In this document: one piece after another, positions 43,531-54,173 of the stretch
Layout of the letters: the number at the start of each line of letters is the position of its first letter
Position numbering within the stretch: the stretch's first letter is position 1
NCBI GenBank assembly: GCA_963818475.1
Contig: CAWFSF010000005.1
Span: 384,001 to 448,000 of the forward strand
Source: Nitrospirota bacterium
Lineage (GTDB): Bacteria > Nitrospirota > UBA9217
Length of the DNA stretch: 64,000 bases
Direction: 5' to 3'
Notes under the pieces: generated by a model
Seen by the model: the letters and a program-made list of their open reading frames with translations, nothing else
The model's database searches: none
What the model was told of the DNA's origin: nothing
Made by a program: the position numbers and the translations under genes

Positions 43531-43603
43531 GGTCCCGACCTTTTTTTGGGATGTGCAAAAAAACCACTTCATGCTGCGTCACCTTTCTTGCGTGCCCAAG
43601 AAA

Positions 43604-43734
43604 GACGATCTCGTAAGAAGTCAAAACTCACCATAGAGACACGGAGACACAGAGAAAAACGTCTTGATAAGTTAGTGCTTTCCTCCGTGCCCTCTGTGCC
43701 TCCGTGGTTAAATTCGACTTTTTACGACTTTATC
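43604..43734. mobile_element. MITE-like element
   Basis: Ends tcgtaagaagtc / gactttttacga enclosing cacggagacacagag / ctctgtgcctccgtgg arms; related arms at ~12565 and 60243-60345. Confidence 0.6.
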
Positions 43735-43748
43735 AAGAAAGGCGACCC

Positions 43749-44339
43749 CTATTTTTTAGTCCATTGTCCGTTGTCCTGCTGGATCCACCATCCCGGCCGC
43801 GACTTTGCTCGCCAGCTGTTTGCAAACAGCTTCTGGGTCTGCTCCATCATGTCGAGGCCAAGTTTGTTTGCGCGGAGTATCTCCGAGTAGAGCGCGGTAC
43901 GGTCGCTGTTTTCCTGCTGAGAGAGTCGATTCAGATCCGCCCTCTCTTTGAGCGAAAGCGCATCGGTGGTTTTGATCTCTACCAAGCCCTTGTTGTTCTC
44001 GCCGAGAGCCCCTTTGTCGTAAAAAGGCGCTAATGCCGGAAAACGGTTCTTCATGGAATCCTTTAAACCGCGTATCGCGGGCGTGGAGACTTCAATGTCG
44101 ACAGCAGCATATGCCTCAGACGCCCAACCGGTAAAATGCAGCCGTTCAATCCAGCCGGTCGGGGCCTGCTTTTGTTCAGGCGTCTTCTGTTCCTGCTTCT
44201 GGTCCTGGCCGCGAATATCATCCACCATCTCGTCGGCTGCCTTTTGTATGGCCGATGCGGGGAAATAGATATTGACCGTTATACAGGAAACGAACATTCC
44301 CACCGCCAGCGCGCTGACCAAATTCAACTTTTTCTTCAT
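43749..44339 (-). CDS. YdbL/DUF1318 family lipoprotein
   Basis: SCITVNIYFP, GALGENNKG, ENSDR, GWWIQQDNGQW. Confidence 0.8.
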   Translation of the reverse strand: MKKKLNLVSALAVGMFVSCITVNIYFPASAIQKAADEMVDDIRGQDQKQEQKTPEQKQAPTGWIERLHFTGWASEAYAAVDIEVSTPAIRGLKDSMKNRFPALAPFYDKGALGENNKGLVEIKTTDALSLKERADLNRLSQQENSDRTALYSEILRANKLGLDMMEQTQKLFANSWRAKSRPGWWIQQDNGQWTKK

Positions 44340-44392
44340 GCTTTCCTCCTTAAGGTGATGTTCTACTTCATTTCCTTTATGGCCTTTATTTG

Positions 44393-46906
44393 TTATTGTA
44401 TCAGCATTCCGCCGGACTTTGCATCGGCAGGGCGTGATATGCGCTTTATACGCTCCTCCATGTCCCGGAAACTAATAACATTATTCCGGTTCTGGTTTAT
44501 TACATCAACACCCCGAAACAAGCCCTTCCGCACCAGATACTCCTTGTCCCCTTCTATTATAGTGCCATTGACCGCGAACTGGTCGTTTTTTAACACGCAT
44601 CGGAACCCGATCTTGCTATAGGGGAAATTCTTCAAGTATTTAGTAATTCCTTTGCTCAAAACGCGTCCTGCTCCTGCGCCGAGTATCGATATGTTATTGA
44701 TCGCGTCTGCGCTGATCTGCTGAGCGACGCCCTTTTTTTTGACCGATTCAACCTCCAGGATAAAACTCGAAGGCTGGCCGTATTCCATCGTAAAGCCCTT
44801 CAGCGAACCCCGTATCTCCCCGCTCATCCTGCCGATAGCGATCTTTCGGGTCATCTCTTCAAGGTTGATATCTTTGAATGTTATATCGCCGCCGAATTTC
44901 CTGGTAGGCAGCGTGATGTCCTGTGCGAAAAAGTTGTCGGCCTTGATCTCTCCGCCAAAGACATTGATCACCGCTGTTCCTTTGGACATCAACCGGCTGT
45001 TCTGATAGCTCATCACCCCGAAATCGGCATTGATGGCGCCGGGCAATTCCACTTCCAGCAGCTTCTGTGTCAGACTGCCCAGGTTTATGTTCTCTATCTT
45101 AAGACCGAATCTGGCCAGCATATCAGGAGAGAGAAGGTCATCCGCCATTACATCATAGAGCTCGATCTTGCCTGAATAGAACGGGATTACAACGCGCTCA
45201 GGCACGTCCAGCATATTTTGGGTAATGACCACAGGGATATGGATATCTCCCAGGGAGAGCCTGTTCCTCTGGATGTCCGTAAAACGGATACTCCCCGGCG
45301 CACGCGAGACCGGCTTTCCCCTGGCTGAAGACGGATGCACAAGATCGAAGGGCAGATCCACGGAAATAGTGCGGACGGAAAGCTGCAGGTCAGGCGCGTT
45401 TATGGCGGTATCGGTCATCGTATATACTCCGGAAACGTATGTTGCCCCTCCGCTGCGCCGGATCACGGTTTCAAGTGAAGAGAAGCCGGTTGCCGTAAAG
45501 CCCTTCAGGCCCGACTGAGAGCTGTTCAGGTATTCCTTCAGCATCTTTTCAATGATCTTTTCGTGCGAGACATTTGCAGCCATGAACTTCATGGACCAGT
45601 CCTGTCTGTTGCCGCTCATGCTGACCGAATACTCGCCGGTCTGAAAGATATCAAGCTTCGCAATGACGGAAAAGGGGAAATCCCTGGTCAACATAACTGT
45701 TCCGTCTGCCGTAAGAGACGCCTGCTGTCCTTTGAGATCGTTGTAATAAGCCTTCCAGAGCTGTTCCCCATGCCGCTGAACAGAAGTGAGGTTGAATGCA
45801 AGCTTCTGTTCAGGCGATGAATACTTCATTTTCAGCACAACAGTACCGTTGGCCCCTTGCGCGGATATCGAACCGTCAGGCGAGCTGGCCCCCGTCTCTT
45901 TGAACGACAATGAGATCGTTCCGCTGAATGACGGCTGTTTATCCGCATAGGTCCCCTGAAGCGCGGTCTCGACCCCTCCCTTGCCCTTCACGGTCCATCC
46001 CTTGAGATCTTTGTTCAGGAAAGGCTTTGCGACGCCGAAGACTTTTGAGAAATCCATTGACGATACCGAAAGGTCCAGGCTCCACGGCATTGAACCGGTC
46101 ATTACAGCCCTGGCAGCAACTTTGATAGCGCCGAGCTCTCTGCTCTTTCCCGTCATTGAGTCGACCGCGAAGGTCTCCGTGCGTCTGTCATAAACAAGCT
46201 TCGTAACAAGCGAAAGGTCTTTGAGCGAAAGCGTCCTGGTGCCGGAAAGGTACTTCCCGGAGTCGACCGTAAGCTCGATCGACCCTTGTCCGTACGGTAT
46301 CGGATAAAAACCCGCCAGCTGAACCAGGGCGGCAATTTTGCCTTTTACAAAGACTCCCGTATCCGCGCGTGATGTGTAACTGAAGTTGGATCGGAGCGAG
46401 ACATGGCCTCCTTTTTCCGGGGAGAAGTCCTTCACCGTAAGATTAAAATCAGCAAGCGTGACCTTCTGTTCTTTCCCTGCCAGATACTCTATTTCAGCGT
46501 TCTGGATTTCAAGCCGCCGTATATCGGGCAACTTCTTTAAGAATGAAAGATCTGATTTGCCTTTGCCCTCGCTCGCTCGCAGGGTAAGTCTCGGATTATG
46601 AACCTCTAGGCTTTCAATCTGTCCAAAAAGCAGCATACCGAGCAAGTTTTTTACTGCTATGCGCGAGCAGACAACAGTCAAGCCGCTGCTCGCATCCTTT
46701 ATTATCAGATCTTCGATCCGTCCGGAAAGACGAGGCGAAAATGACATGGCGCGGGCGGATATCTCATATCCAAATACAGAAGCAAGATAATGCAGCGATG
46801 CCGGCGATTGCAGTACAAGGAAGAGGGCACTATAGGCAATGCAGCACAATAATCCGATGACACAGAACGTCAGAACGATTATTTTCCTGATCTTTCCGCG
46901 CCTCAT
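44393..46906 (-). CDS. YdbH/AsmA-like large periplasmic beta-rich protein
   Basis: 837 aa; N-term TM; C-term ISADAINNISILG...FPYSKIG; adjacent to DUF1318 gene. Confidence 0.65.
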   Translation of the reverse strand: MRRGKIRKIIVLTFCVIGLLCCIAYSALFLVLQSPASLHYLASVFGYEISARAMSFSPRLSGRIEDLIIKDASSGLTVVCSRIAVKNLLGMLLFGQIESLEVHNPRLTLRASEGKGKSDLSFLKKLPDIRRLEIQNAEIEYLAGKEQKVTLADFNLTVKDFSPEKGGHVSLRSNFSYTSRADTGVFVKGKIAALVQLAGFYPIPYGQGSIELTVDSGKYLSGTRTLSLKDLSLVTKLVYDRRTETFAVDSMTGKSRELGAIKVAARAVMTGSMPWSLDLSVSSMDFSKVFGVAKPFLNKDLKGWTVKGKGGVETALQGTYADKQPSFSGTISLSFKETGASSPDGSISAQGANGTVVLKMKYSSPEQKLAFNLTSVQRHGEQLWKAYYNDLKGQQASLTADGTVMLTRDFPFSVIAKLDIFQTGEYSVSMSGNRQDWSMKFMAANVSHEKIIEKMLKEYLNSSQSGLKGFTATGFSSLETVIRRSGGATYVSGVYTMTDTAINAPDLQLSVRTISVDLPFDLVHPSSARGKPVSRAPGSIRFTDIQRNRLSLGDIHIPVVITQNMLDVPERVVIPFYSGKIELYDVMADDLLSPDMLARFGLKIENINLGSLTQKLLEVELPGAINADFGVMSYQNSRLMSKGTAVINVFGGEIKADNFFAQDITLPTRKFGGDITFKDINLEEMTRKIAIGRMSGEIRGSLKGFTMEYGQPSSFILEVESVKKKGVAQQISADAINNISILGAGAGRVLSKGITKYLKNFPYSKIGFRCVLKNDQFAVNGTIIEGDKEYLVRKGLFRGVDVINQNRNNVISFRDMEERIKRISRPADAKSGGMLIQ

Positions 46907-47229
46907 ATTTTTTGCCTTATAATTAAATCATGCATATTTTGGGTAGGGTCGAGTAGGTTGGGCAACTAGACGACTCACCTTGCCGACAGATTCTCGGTTT
47001 TATGAAAAAGCATAACACCACAGTCCCTTTTGTCAATAACCAGGGTGTCCGGTCTTGCTCTTGAATACGCCTGACCATTACCCCTACTTAAGTATAATTG
47101 ACAACAGGCGGTGGGGAAGCTAGCCTGATAAAATAAAGTGTGAGAAAGCCCCAAAAAAGCGTTATCCGGAAGTTCTTAACATTATGCAACCATAAGTCGA
47201 ACCAGTCGTCAGAGAGGGATAAACGATAA

Positions 47230-47643
47230 ATGAAAAACATCATGTTCGTAATATTTTTTTTCCTGGTGGTATCAAGCAATGTCCTGGCCGAAGAGACAGA
47301 AGTCCAGGTTGACGTATTAGCAAAAACACGTTTCAGCTGGGATTGGAGCCATCTGCCGGATTACCCAAAAGACACCCCGGAGATAACAATTGTCAGGATA
47401 AAAATACCGCCTGGAGTACAATTACCGCTGCATACTCATCCAATAATAAATGCAGGTTTGTTGTTGGATGGAGAACTAACGGTTGTCACTGAAGATAATA
47501 AGATACTACATCTAAAAGCTGGAGACGCAATTGTCGAGGTTGTGAATAAATGGCATTACGGAAGGAATGAGGGCAAGAAAATGGCGGAAATTATCGTTTT
47601 CTATGCTGGAGCAATCGACACGCCGATAACCATTGAGAAATGA
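47230..47643 (+). CDS. Exported cupin domain protein
   Basis: LPLHTHP...GELTV...EVVNKWHYG. Confidence 0.85.
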   Translation: MKNIMFVIFFFLVVSSNVLAEETEVQVDVLAKTRFSWDWSHLPDYPKDTPEITIVRIKIPPGVQLPLHTHPIINAGLLLDGELTVVTEDNKILHLKAGDAIVEVVNKWHYGRNEGKKMAEIIVFYAGAIDTPITIEK

Positions 47644-47846
47644 AGTTGGAAACAGACATCTCGCTGCCCTTCCGCATACCCGGTTAGCCTTCAGACCGTC
47701 ACTGCTCTTCCCCATAACATTGATCAGCATCCTTCCTGCCTGCCGGACGGCTCGAACAGCGTCGCGGAGGTGCGTTCGTGAGGACCGTCCCCGCAAAAAA
47801 AAGGCCGCTGAGTTAAACTCAACGGCCTTCGGGTTGCACCTCAGTA

Positions 47847-48194
47847 TCAGCGGATACCAGCAGAGAAGATGATGCTCTCGAACGAACGTTTCAATGTCTT
47901 GCTCGTGAAATTTTTCATTTCACCGCCTGGCTGACACGTCACCGTCTGCCCGACTTTGACCTTCGTTTCCGGTACGGCAACCCAGGTCTTCTTCCCGTTA
48001 TTCTCGAGAGAAACATAGGTATAGCCGCCGGAATTCATCGTTTCCACTACTTTCCCCGAAAGGGAATTGTCCGCCTGAACCGCATCTGCAGCAGGTTGTC
48101 CCTGAGACGCAGGTGCAGTGGCCTCTTTCTTACAGCCGCCGGCGAAGATAAAAACTAAAACACATACTGCAAACACCAATTTTGACGAATTCAT
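47847..48194 (-). CDS. Hypothetical lipoprotein (OB-fold-like)
   Basis: AGGC lipobox; GKVVETMNSGGYTYV...WVAVP. Confidence 0.7.
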   Translation of the reverse strand: MNSSKLVFAVCVLVFIFAGGCKKEATAPASQGQPAADAVQADNSLSGKVVETMNSGGYTYVSLENNGKKTWVAVPETKVKVGQTVTCQPGGEMKNFTSKTLKRSFESIIFSAGIR

Positions 48195-48328
48195 CAGCAA
48201 TCTCCTTGTTTGTAAGTACCGATGCACTCAATCAGCTTGAGATGAGCGGCACTTAAATATTGAATGAAGTTGATTTTACCGTTTTTTTTGTGAAATGCAA
48301 GCCCGTTTTTTAAAGCGCTCCGTGACCT

Positions 48329-48523
48329 TTATTTTTCTTCAGTCACTTTTTTAGCGCCCCGACACTTGGGACAAACGCCTTTCCCCGTACCGTGACAGCT
48401 CTGACAAGGACGTGAGACGGCATTCGTACCGGACTGCCTTCCCTGACCGCGGCAGACAGGACACGTTATGTAACCTTTCGCGCTGCATTCCGGACAGGGA
48501 ATCGTTGCTGTTTTATCCGCCAT
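48329..48523 (-). CDS. Stand-alone DnaJ-type zinc finger protein
   Basis: Four CxxCxxxG-type motifs; RBS ggaggt. Confidence 0.7.
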   Translation of the reverse strand: MADKTATIPCPECSAKGYITCPVCRGQGRQSGTNAVSRPCQSCHGTGKGVCPKCRGAKKVTEEK

Positions 48524-48601
48524 TTGGCACCTCCGTTTAGAGTGGGTAATAAGTGTGAGTTAAAAAGGAAGAAGACTTCAATTAAAGAATTTTACCCAGC
48601 C

Positions 48602-49195
48602 CTATTGATAAGCGGATTTGTCGCCGATATCGTATGCAAGGGGCATGGTCACTTTTCGGACCGTAAACACGACCAGCATGACGGCGATCAGGGCCAGGCC
48701 CAGGGACGCGCCGCGGCCCGAAAGGCTGCCGACCGAGACCAGCAGGAGGTAGAACGGCATGATCATGGCAAGAAGATAGCCCTCGAAGAGCTTGAAGCAG
48801 AACGCCTCCTTCGCGGTCACGAATCCCAGGCATCCGGCGAGCGGAAGGAGGAGCAGCCTGCTGTACGGCTCATGCATGAGCGCGCTGGAAAGGGACCCGT
48901 TGCCGATGAACAGGAGCCCTGCAAGGCCTGCCAGGCCGACGTAGAACAAGTTTTTCAGGAATGTTTTAAATTTGCCGATGTACAGATGAATGAAGAAAAC
49001 GCTCATGCCCACGGAAGCAAACAGGCTGTAGCCGAGGATATCCGCAGGCACGCTGCCGGACTCTGCGGATAGTGTTGCCAGAAGGTATGCCAGAAGAGAG
49101 ATGATGATGGCGGACAACACTATACCAATGCGGTAGAGCAGAACCGTTATTGTGTCTTCCCTGGTAAGGGGTTGAAATACTTGCGTGGAACCCAT
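48602..49195 (-). CDS. DUF2301-like integral membrane protein
   Basis: VLLYRIG, IHLY, KEAFCF, DIGDKS. Confidence 0.8.
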   Translation of the reverse strand: MGSTQVFQPLTREDTITVLLYRIGIVLSAIIISLLAYLLATLSAESGSVPADILGYSLFASVGMSVFFIHLYIGKFKTFLKNLFYVGLAGLAGLLFIGNGSLSSALMHEPYSRLLLLPLAGCLGFVTAKEAFCFKLFEGYLLAMIMPFYLLLVSVGSLSGRGASLGLALIAVMLVVFTVRKVTMPLAYDIGDKSAYQ

Positions 49196-49258
49196 AGGTC
49201 ATTTCTCCGTTCACGTATGCGTCATTGCCGGCACCTGGCTGCAGCAGCTGCCACCGGA

Positions 49259-49456
49259 TCACTCTTTGTTCGCTTTTTTCCAGAACGCCAGGTCGCCTAT
49301 CATGAGCCTCAGCAGTTCACGGGGAGTCTTGGTGGAGACTTCTTTGCACCTGCAGGAGTCGTCCTGCACCGTCTCCGGGACTGCAGGTCCTGGCCCTTTT
49401 CCTCCGCTGCCGGGACCGCCTGATGCATGGTTATGGATGATCTTTTCCTTGTCCAT
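49259..49456 (-). CDS. Small hypothetical protein
   Basis: ORF ending CRCKEVSTKTPRELLRLMIGDLAFWKK; RBS aggag. Confidence 0.5.
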   Translation of the reverse strand: MDKEKIIHNHASGGPGSGGKGPGPAVPETVQDDSCRCKEVSTKTPRELLRLMIGDLAFWKKANKE

Positions 49457-49603
49457 GCGAGCATAATACTCCTTCTGCCTTATATATGTCAAAGATTCTC
49501 GTTGCAGCCCAAGGGTACCTGCTTATGCTATAATTAAGACAAGAATGGGTTTGTTTTAACGTTCCCTAAGGCGATGCGTTCCTGGATCCGTTGGGAGGCG
49601 TTT

Positions 49604-49798
49604 ATGAACAGGATAGAGAAAAAAGAAATAGTTGTTGATGCAGCAAAGATCTTCAAAGAGGAAGTTAAAGCGGCCGCGCCGGACATCCCGCGCAGCGAGC
49701 TGTGCAATATGGTCGATGACTATATCTATTATCAGACGGACGACCTGAGCAGGGAAGAAGCACATGCCGTGGTTGAGGCGACCTGCATTCTAAAATAG
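49604..49798 (+). CDS. Small hypothetical protein
   Basis: RBS gggagg before MNRIEKKEIVV. Confidence 0.5.
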   Translation: MNRIEKKEIVVDAAKIFKEEVKAAAPDIPRSELCNMVDDYIYYQTDDLSREEAHAVVEATCILK

Positions 49799-49816
49799 CA
49801 GGCAACGGGGCACGGT

Positions 49817-50449
49817 TCATTGCAGGACCGACCTGATGACAGCAATGACGTTCTTCGCGTCCTCCGAAAGCTTTTTCTGCCTGCTGGTGATTATCGAGAA
49901 ATCCCGTTCCATCCTGAGTTGGGGGATGTCCAGCACGCAGATTCTCCCTTGAGCAATGGCATCACGGGCAACCAGCTCCGACACCACGGCAATGCCCGCT
50001 CCTGCCGCAACCGCCGTGACCACACCCTCAGCGGAGCTCACTTCCGCGATCGTTTTCAGGTCGCGGACAACAAGCCCCGCTTGCTGGAATGCCTGTTCAC
50101 AGGTGGCCCGCGTTCCGGACCCTTTTTCACGCATGATGAAGCCCTGCCCCTTCAGGTCGGTTGGCAGGATGTCCGCGCGTCCGGCTAAGGGATGGTCCAC
50201 CGGCGCGATCACCACGAGCCGGTCGGCGGCGACGATTGGCTGGTATTCCACGTCGGGAGACGCGTACCTCGTGCCGATGACGCCGATGGAATACTCACCC
50301 TTCCGCACCCGGTCGAATATCTGCAGACTGTTCGCGATATCCACCCGCAGTTCGATGTCCGGCACACGGGAGACGATGGCCGACAGCAGCCGCGGGATGA
50401 TGTACTCCCCCGGGATGCTGCTGGTGCCGATTACAAAAATGCGCTTCAT
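49817..50449 (-). CDS. LysR substrate-binding domain protein lacking HTH
   Basis: IGTSSIPGEYIIP, FIMREKGSGTR, AVAAGAGIAVVS. Confidence 0.8.
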   Translation of the reverse strand: MKRIFVIGTSSIPGEYIIPRLLSAIVSRVPDIELRVDIANSLQIFDRVRKGEYSIGVIGTRYASPDVEYQPIVAADRLVVIAPVDHPLAGRADILPTDLKGQGFIMREKGSGTRATCEQAFQQAGLVVRDLKTIAEVSSAEGVVTAVAAGAGIAVVSELVARDAIAQGRICVLDIPQLRMERDFSIITSRQKKLSEDAKNVIAVIRSVLQ

Positions 50450-50606
50450 AGATCCCCTTTCTGGGTTCGCTGCACCGGCCTGCTGCTCTTTAAATCTAGC
50501 AAAACGGGGCAATTGCTACAAGGAATTTTTCAGTCTCGCAAAAAATAACGCCGGGCAATACCGGCCCGGCGTCATGTCCCCTACCGATGCGTTGCGATCG
50601 AGCGGT

Positions 50607-51581
50607 TTAGAACCTGAAGGCCGCGTAGAGCCCGATGCCGCCGTTCTTGATCTCTTCCTTCGTTTCAATGCCTCCGGAAACGGTCTTGTCTTCTCTGGTT
50701 TCGGAGTAAAGCGGCAGCTCCATGCCGAAGCGCTCGCTGAACCAGTACCGCACGGCAAGCGTCGTCCGCGCCGTTGTAGTGGTGAACTCGTTTCCTGCCG
50801 GAAGCCCGTTCTCGTCCTCGCCTTCGACCTCTACCGCCAAACGGACCGAGAGCTGCTTGCCGATATAGCCCGCAACCTCGGCGTTCACTGCTCCGATATC
50901 ATACTTGGTCGTGATCCCCGCTCGCTCGTCTTCCCGCTCGCCGCCGCCGATCTCGAACAGCAGACCCACGACATCCGAGATCACCCCACGTGCGCCGAGG
51001 TAGGTCACACTCCTATCGCTCGTGTACTTCGGCGAGCCGCTTGACGTCGACTCTAGTGACTGGCCAGACAGCCGGAGGTGCAGTTCCACGTTCGGCACGA
51101 CGTACTGCCGCACACCCAGGTCGAGGCTGCTGAAATCGCTTTCAACGTCCGGCTGGGCTATCCCGCCGATCGTTTCCTCGAAGGTGCCGGAACCGGCCCC
51201 AATGTTCAGGAACAGGCCGGTGTTCGTGGGGAAGAAGTATTCTCCGCCCAGCAGGAGCATGATGCCGCCCCCCTCGCCGTCCACCGCACTGGTATCGTCC
51301 TTGTACGTGTTCCCGAAGAGCGCCAGTCCGGCGGAAAGGTTCGTCGGGTGCTGGTAGAAACGCCGGAGCTCTATGGATTTGTCATCCTCCTTGATCGGAG
51401 CAAAAAAGTGCGTAAACTGGGCAATGAACAGCGAGTTCGAGGTCTCGGGATCAGCGGCAGAAACCGTCTCTTCGTTCGTCGAGTCACCTTCCAATCCCAC
51501 GATAACTTCGTTCGACACATCGGCAAATACCGTTCCCGCTGCGAGACAGATTAATGCAACTACCAATGTCCATTTCTTCAT
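50607..51581 (-). CDS. Outer-membrane beta-barrel protein
   Basis: Signal peptide, amphipathic strands, C-terminal GLYAAFRF. Confidence 0.75.
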   Translation of the reverse strand: MKKWTLVVALICLAAGTVFADVSNEVIVGLEGDSTNEETVSAADPETSNSLFIAQFTHFFAPIKEDDKSIELRRFYQHPTNLSAGLALFGNTYKDDTSAVDGEGGGIMLLLGGEYFFPTNTGLFLNIGAGSGTFEETIGGIAQPDVESDFSSLDLGVRQYVVPNVELHLRLSGQSLESTSSGSPKYTSDRSVTYLGARGVISDVVGLLFEIGGGEREDERAGITTKYDIGAVNAEVAGYIGKQLSVRLAVEVEGEDENGLPAGNEFTTTTARTTLAVRYWFSERFGMELPLYSETREDKTVSGGIETKEEIKNGGIGLYAAFRF

Positions 51582-51667
51582 CTGTTTTTTCCTCCTCCCG
51601 GGGTATATTCGCTAACAAAACCTGGTTGAAGATAGCAGATACGGCACAAAGCGTCAAGGTCGGATCC

Positions 51668-52444
51668 TTAGCCCTCTCCCCCAGCCCCGTCCGCCCACGC
51701 AGGCACCAGGTGCCATCCTTTGCGCAGTTCTTTGTCATGGTCCCTGCAGGCAGGCTCATAGCTCCTCACCAGCGCCCAGAATTTTTCCGCGTGGTTCATG
51801 TGCCGGGTGTGGCAAAGCTCATGCGTCAGGATGTAGGCGACCAGGTGGTTGGGAAGGAACAGCAGCTTATAGTTCAGGCTGATGGTGCCGTGTCCGGAGC
51901 AGCTTGCCCATCTCGTGCGCTGCCCCCTGACCACGGCCCGGGAATACTCAAGTCCTGTTTGCACGCTCAGACGGGTCAGCCAGGGAACAAGCTGCTCGTG
52001 CGAGCGGCGCGTGAGCCAGCGCTTCAGTGATCGTTGGCAGGCGTGGGTATCGGCGACCGCCCCCTGGACCGTCAGCTGCCCGGCATCCGCCATCCGTACG
52101 GTGACGGTCTGCGCCCCGGTCGGTTTATAGGCAACCTGCCACTGTTCCCCGAGCGCCGGCAGAGCGATGGCTGTCGGCAGCAGGTCAGGCGGTTCAAGCG
52201 CAGCATGCTTCCGGAGTTCTGCAAAGCGCTCAAGATGCGAGGTGATCCAGTCCTTTTTCTCTTCCAGGATGGCCGGGACCTGCTGAAGGCCGCATCTCCG
52301 CGGCACGACAACGACCAATCCGTTCCGCGCGGAGATGGTGAGCCTAATACGCTTCGCCCGGGAGGAGACCCGCACGCGGTAGCTGAACGTTTGCGTGTCC
52401 GAGAAGGTCATGCGGTAGTTCGCTGAAGGTGTTTGTTTATGCAT
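51668..52444 (-). CDS. YgjP/M48-like metallopeptidase
   Basis: RTRWASCS, THELCH, NHAEKFW. Confidence 0.85.
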   Translation of the reverse strand: MHKQTPSANYRMTFSDTQTFSYRVRVSSRAKRIRLTISARNGLVVVVPRRCGLQQVPAILEEKKDWITSHLERFAELRKHAALEPPDLLPTAIALPALGEQWQVAYKPTGAQTVTVRMADAGQLTVQGAVADTHACQRSLKRWLTRRSHEQLVPWLTRLSVQTGLEYSRAVVRGQRTRWASCSGHGTISLNYKLLFLPNHLVAYILTHELCHTRHMNHAEKFWALVRSYEPACRDHDKELRKGWHLVPAWADGAGGEG

Positions 52445-52527
52445 GGTATGAACAACAGGGGGGAACGCAGTACAGCAGCTCTGCAGGGAGATTCAACATC
52501 GTGCGTGCGATTCTTGCGAAGCTGCCA

Positions 52528-53403
52528 TCAGGACTGGTGGACACTGTTCTTTTTGCACCGTTCCTTTTCAGCGTACATGCGCTCGTCGGCAAGCCGCATC
52601 AGGGCGTCAATGGAGCTCTGCGCTGCCGGATTGAACTCCGCCATGCCGATGCTGACCTTCAGCTGGTACGCGCCGTTCTCGCGGGCGTTGAACTGGGCCA
52701 GGTTCTGCAGCAGCCGGCTTTGGGCAGCCTCCACGCCGCGGTCCGTCGGGTTCACCAGCAGGATGGCGAACTCATCGCCGCCCATGCGGGCGATGATATC
52801 GGAGTCGCGGTAGCTCTGTCGGAAAAGGTCGGCCATGGAACAGAGCGCCTGGTCGCCTGCCTGGTGGCCCAGCGTGTCGTTGATCGTTTTGAAGTCGTCA
52901 AGATCGGCGAACAGAAGCACGATGTTCTCCCCGCTTCGCTGCGCTGTCCGGAGCTGCTGCTCCGCGAGGACGAAAAACCCGCGGCGGTTCGGCAGGCCCG
53001 TCAGTTCGTCGGTGATCGACATCTTGCGGAGCCGCTCCTGCAGCCGCACATGTTTGATGCGGATCATGAGCTCAGCAAGGGAAAAGGGTTTTTTTATGAA
53101 ATCAGCGGCGCCTGCGGCGATCGCCTCATCATAGGAGAAGTTGTCGATGAACCCGGTGGTGACAATGATGCTCATTTCCGGCCGCAGCCGGTGCGCCCGG
53201 TCAGCCAGCTCCAGCCCCTTCATGCCGGGCAGAACGATATCGGTCACCAGAACATCGAAGGCCGTCCCGTCAATGCGTTCCAGGGCGGCATCGGCATTGA
53301 GGAATGCTTCGCACATATGTCCTGCCCCGGTGAAATACCGCTTCAACAGGCTGGACAGGACCTCGTCGTCGTCGACAACGATTATCGTGTATTTATCATT
53401 CAT
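52528..53403 (-). CDS. Response regulator-diguanylate cyclase (REC + GGDEF)
   Basis: VVDDD, TDIVLP, KP; TDELTGLPNRR, RMGGDEF. Confidence 0.93.
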   Translation of the reverse strand: MNDKYTIIVVDDDEVLSSLLKRYFTGAGHMCEAFLNADAALERIDGTAFDVLVTDIVLPGMKGLELADRAHRLRPEMSIIVTTGFIDNFSYDEAIAAGAADFIKKPFSLAELMIRIKHVRLQERLRKMSITDELTGLPNRRGFFVLAEQQLRTAQRSGENIVLLFADLDDFKTINDTLGHQAGDQALCSMADLFRQSYRDSDIIARMGGDEFAILLVNPTDRGVEAAQSRLLQNLAQFNARENGAYQLKVSIGMAEFNPAAQSSIDALMRLADERMYAEKERCKKNSVHQS

Positions 53404-53754
53404 GGCCGGTGTAGCGGCTGGGGCCGCCGCATGGGCATTACTATATCAAATTCCGGATAGTTGCACCATCAAAATAAGCGGTTTTCCAGGTTGCCGATCT
53501 TGAGCAACGATACACCTGAAAAGGCAGTTTAACCGCAAAATTATTTGCGTTCATTCGCATCAAATTCCATTGTTATCCGCTTTTATCCGGCGTTTAACAC
53601 GCTTCTTCCGTGTCCACAGGATATTGATGGCGATTCAGGAATCTCGGTGCAGCCTTCCGGTGAGGGAGCGAACGGGGAATATGTCTATCGGGCAGGGCAC
53701 AAAAAAAAGCAGGCCCTGGAGACCAGGACCTGCTTGATCGGGTAGTGCGCAGGA

Positions 53755-53955
53755 TTAAAGCTTTACAACATTGGCGGCCTTGGGGCCTTTGGGCGAGTCG
53801 ACGACGTCGAACTCCACTTGCTGGCCTTCTGCCAGGGACTTGAAGCCGCTGTCCTGAATGTCGCCGAAATGGACGAACACATCTCCGCCGCTTTCACGGG
53901 TGATGAAGCCAAAACCTTTGGCATCATTGAACCACTTCACGGTACCTTTTTCCAT
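53755..53955 (-). CDS. Cold-shock protein
   Basis: [21 protein letters not shown]. Confidence 0.97.
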   Translation of the reverse strand: MEKGTVKWFNDAKGFGFITRESGGDVFVHFGDIQDSGFKSLAEGQQVEFDVVDSPKGPKAANVVKL

Positions 53956-54173
53956 GGTGAGCTACCTCCTTCTTGTGAAATTGAAGCTGACGGAAATGTG
54001 CCACAAAAAACCACAAAAAGAAAGCTCTTTGCGGTCTCCCAACAAATAACTTCCGGAACTTCTGGTGAAGATAATGCCATGTGCACGTGTATAAGTCAAG
54101 GGGTATTATCGTTATTACGTTATCGGTTCGCGACATTCGCGTAAAAATGGACGTGCGCGCCTGCCTCCGCCGG

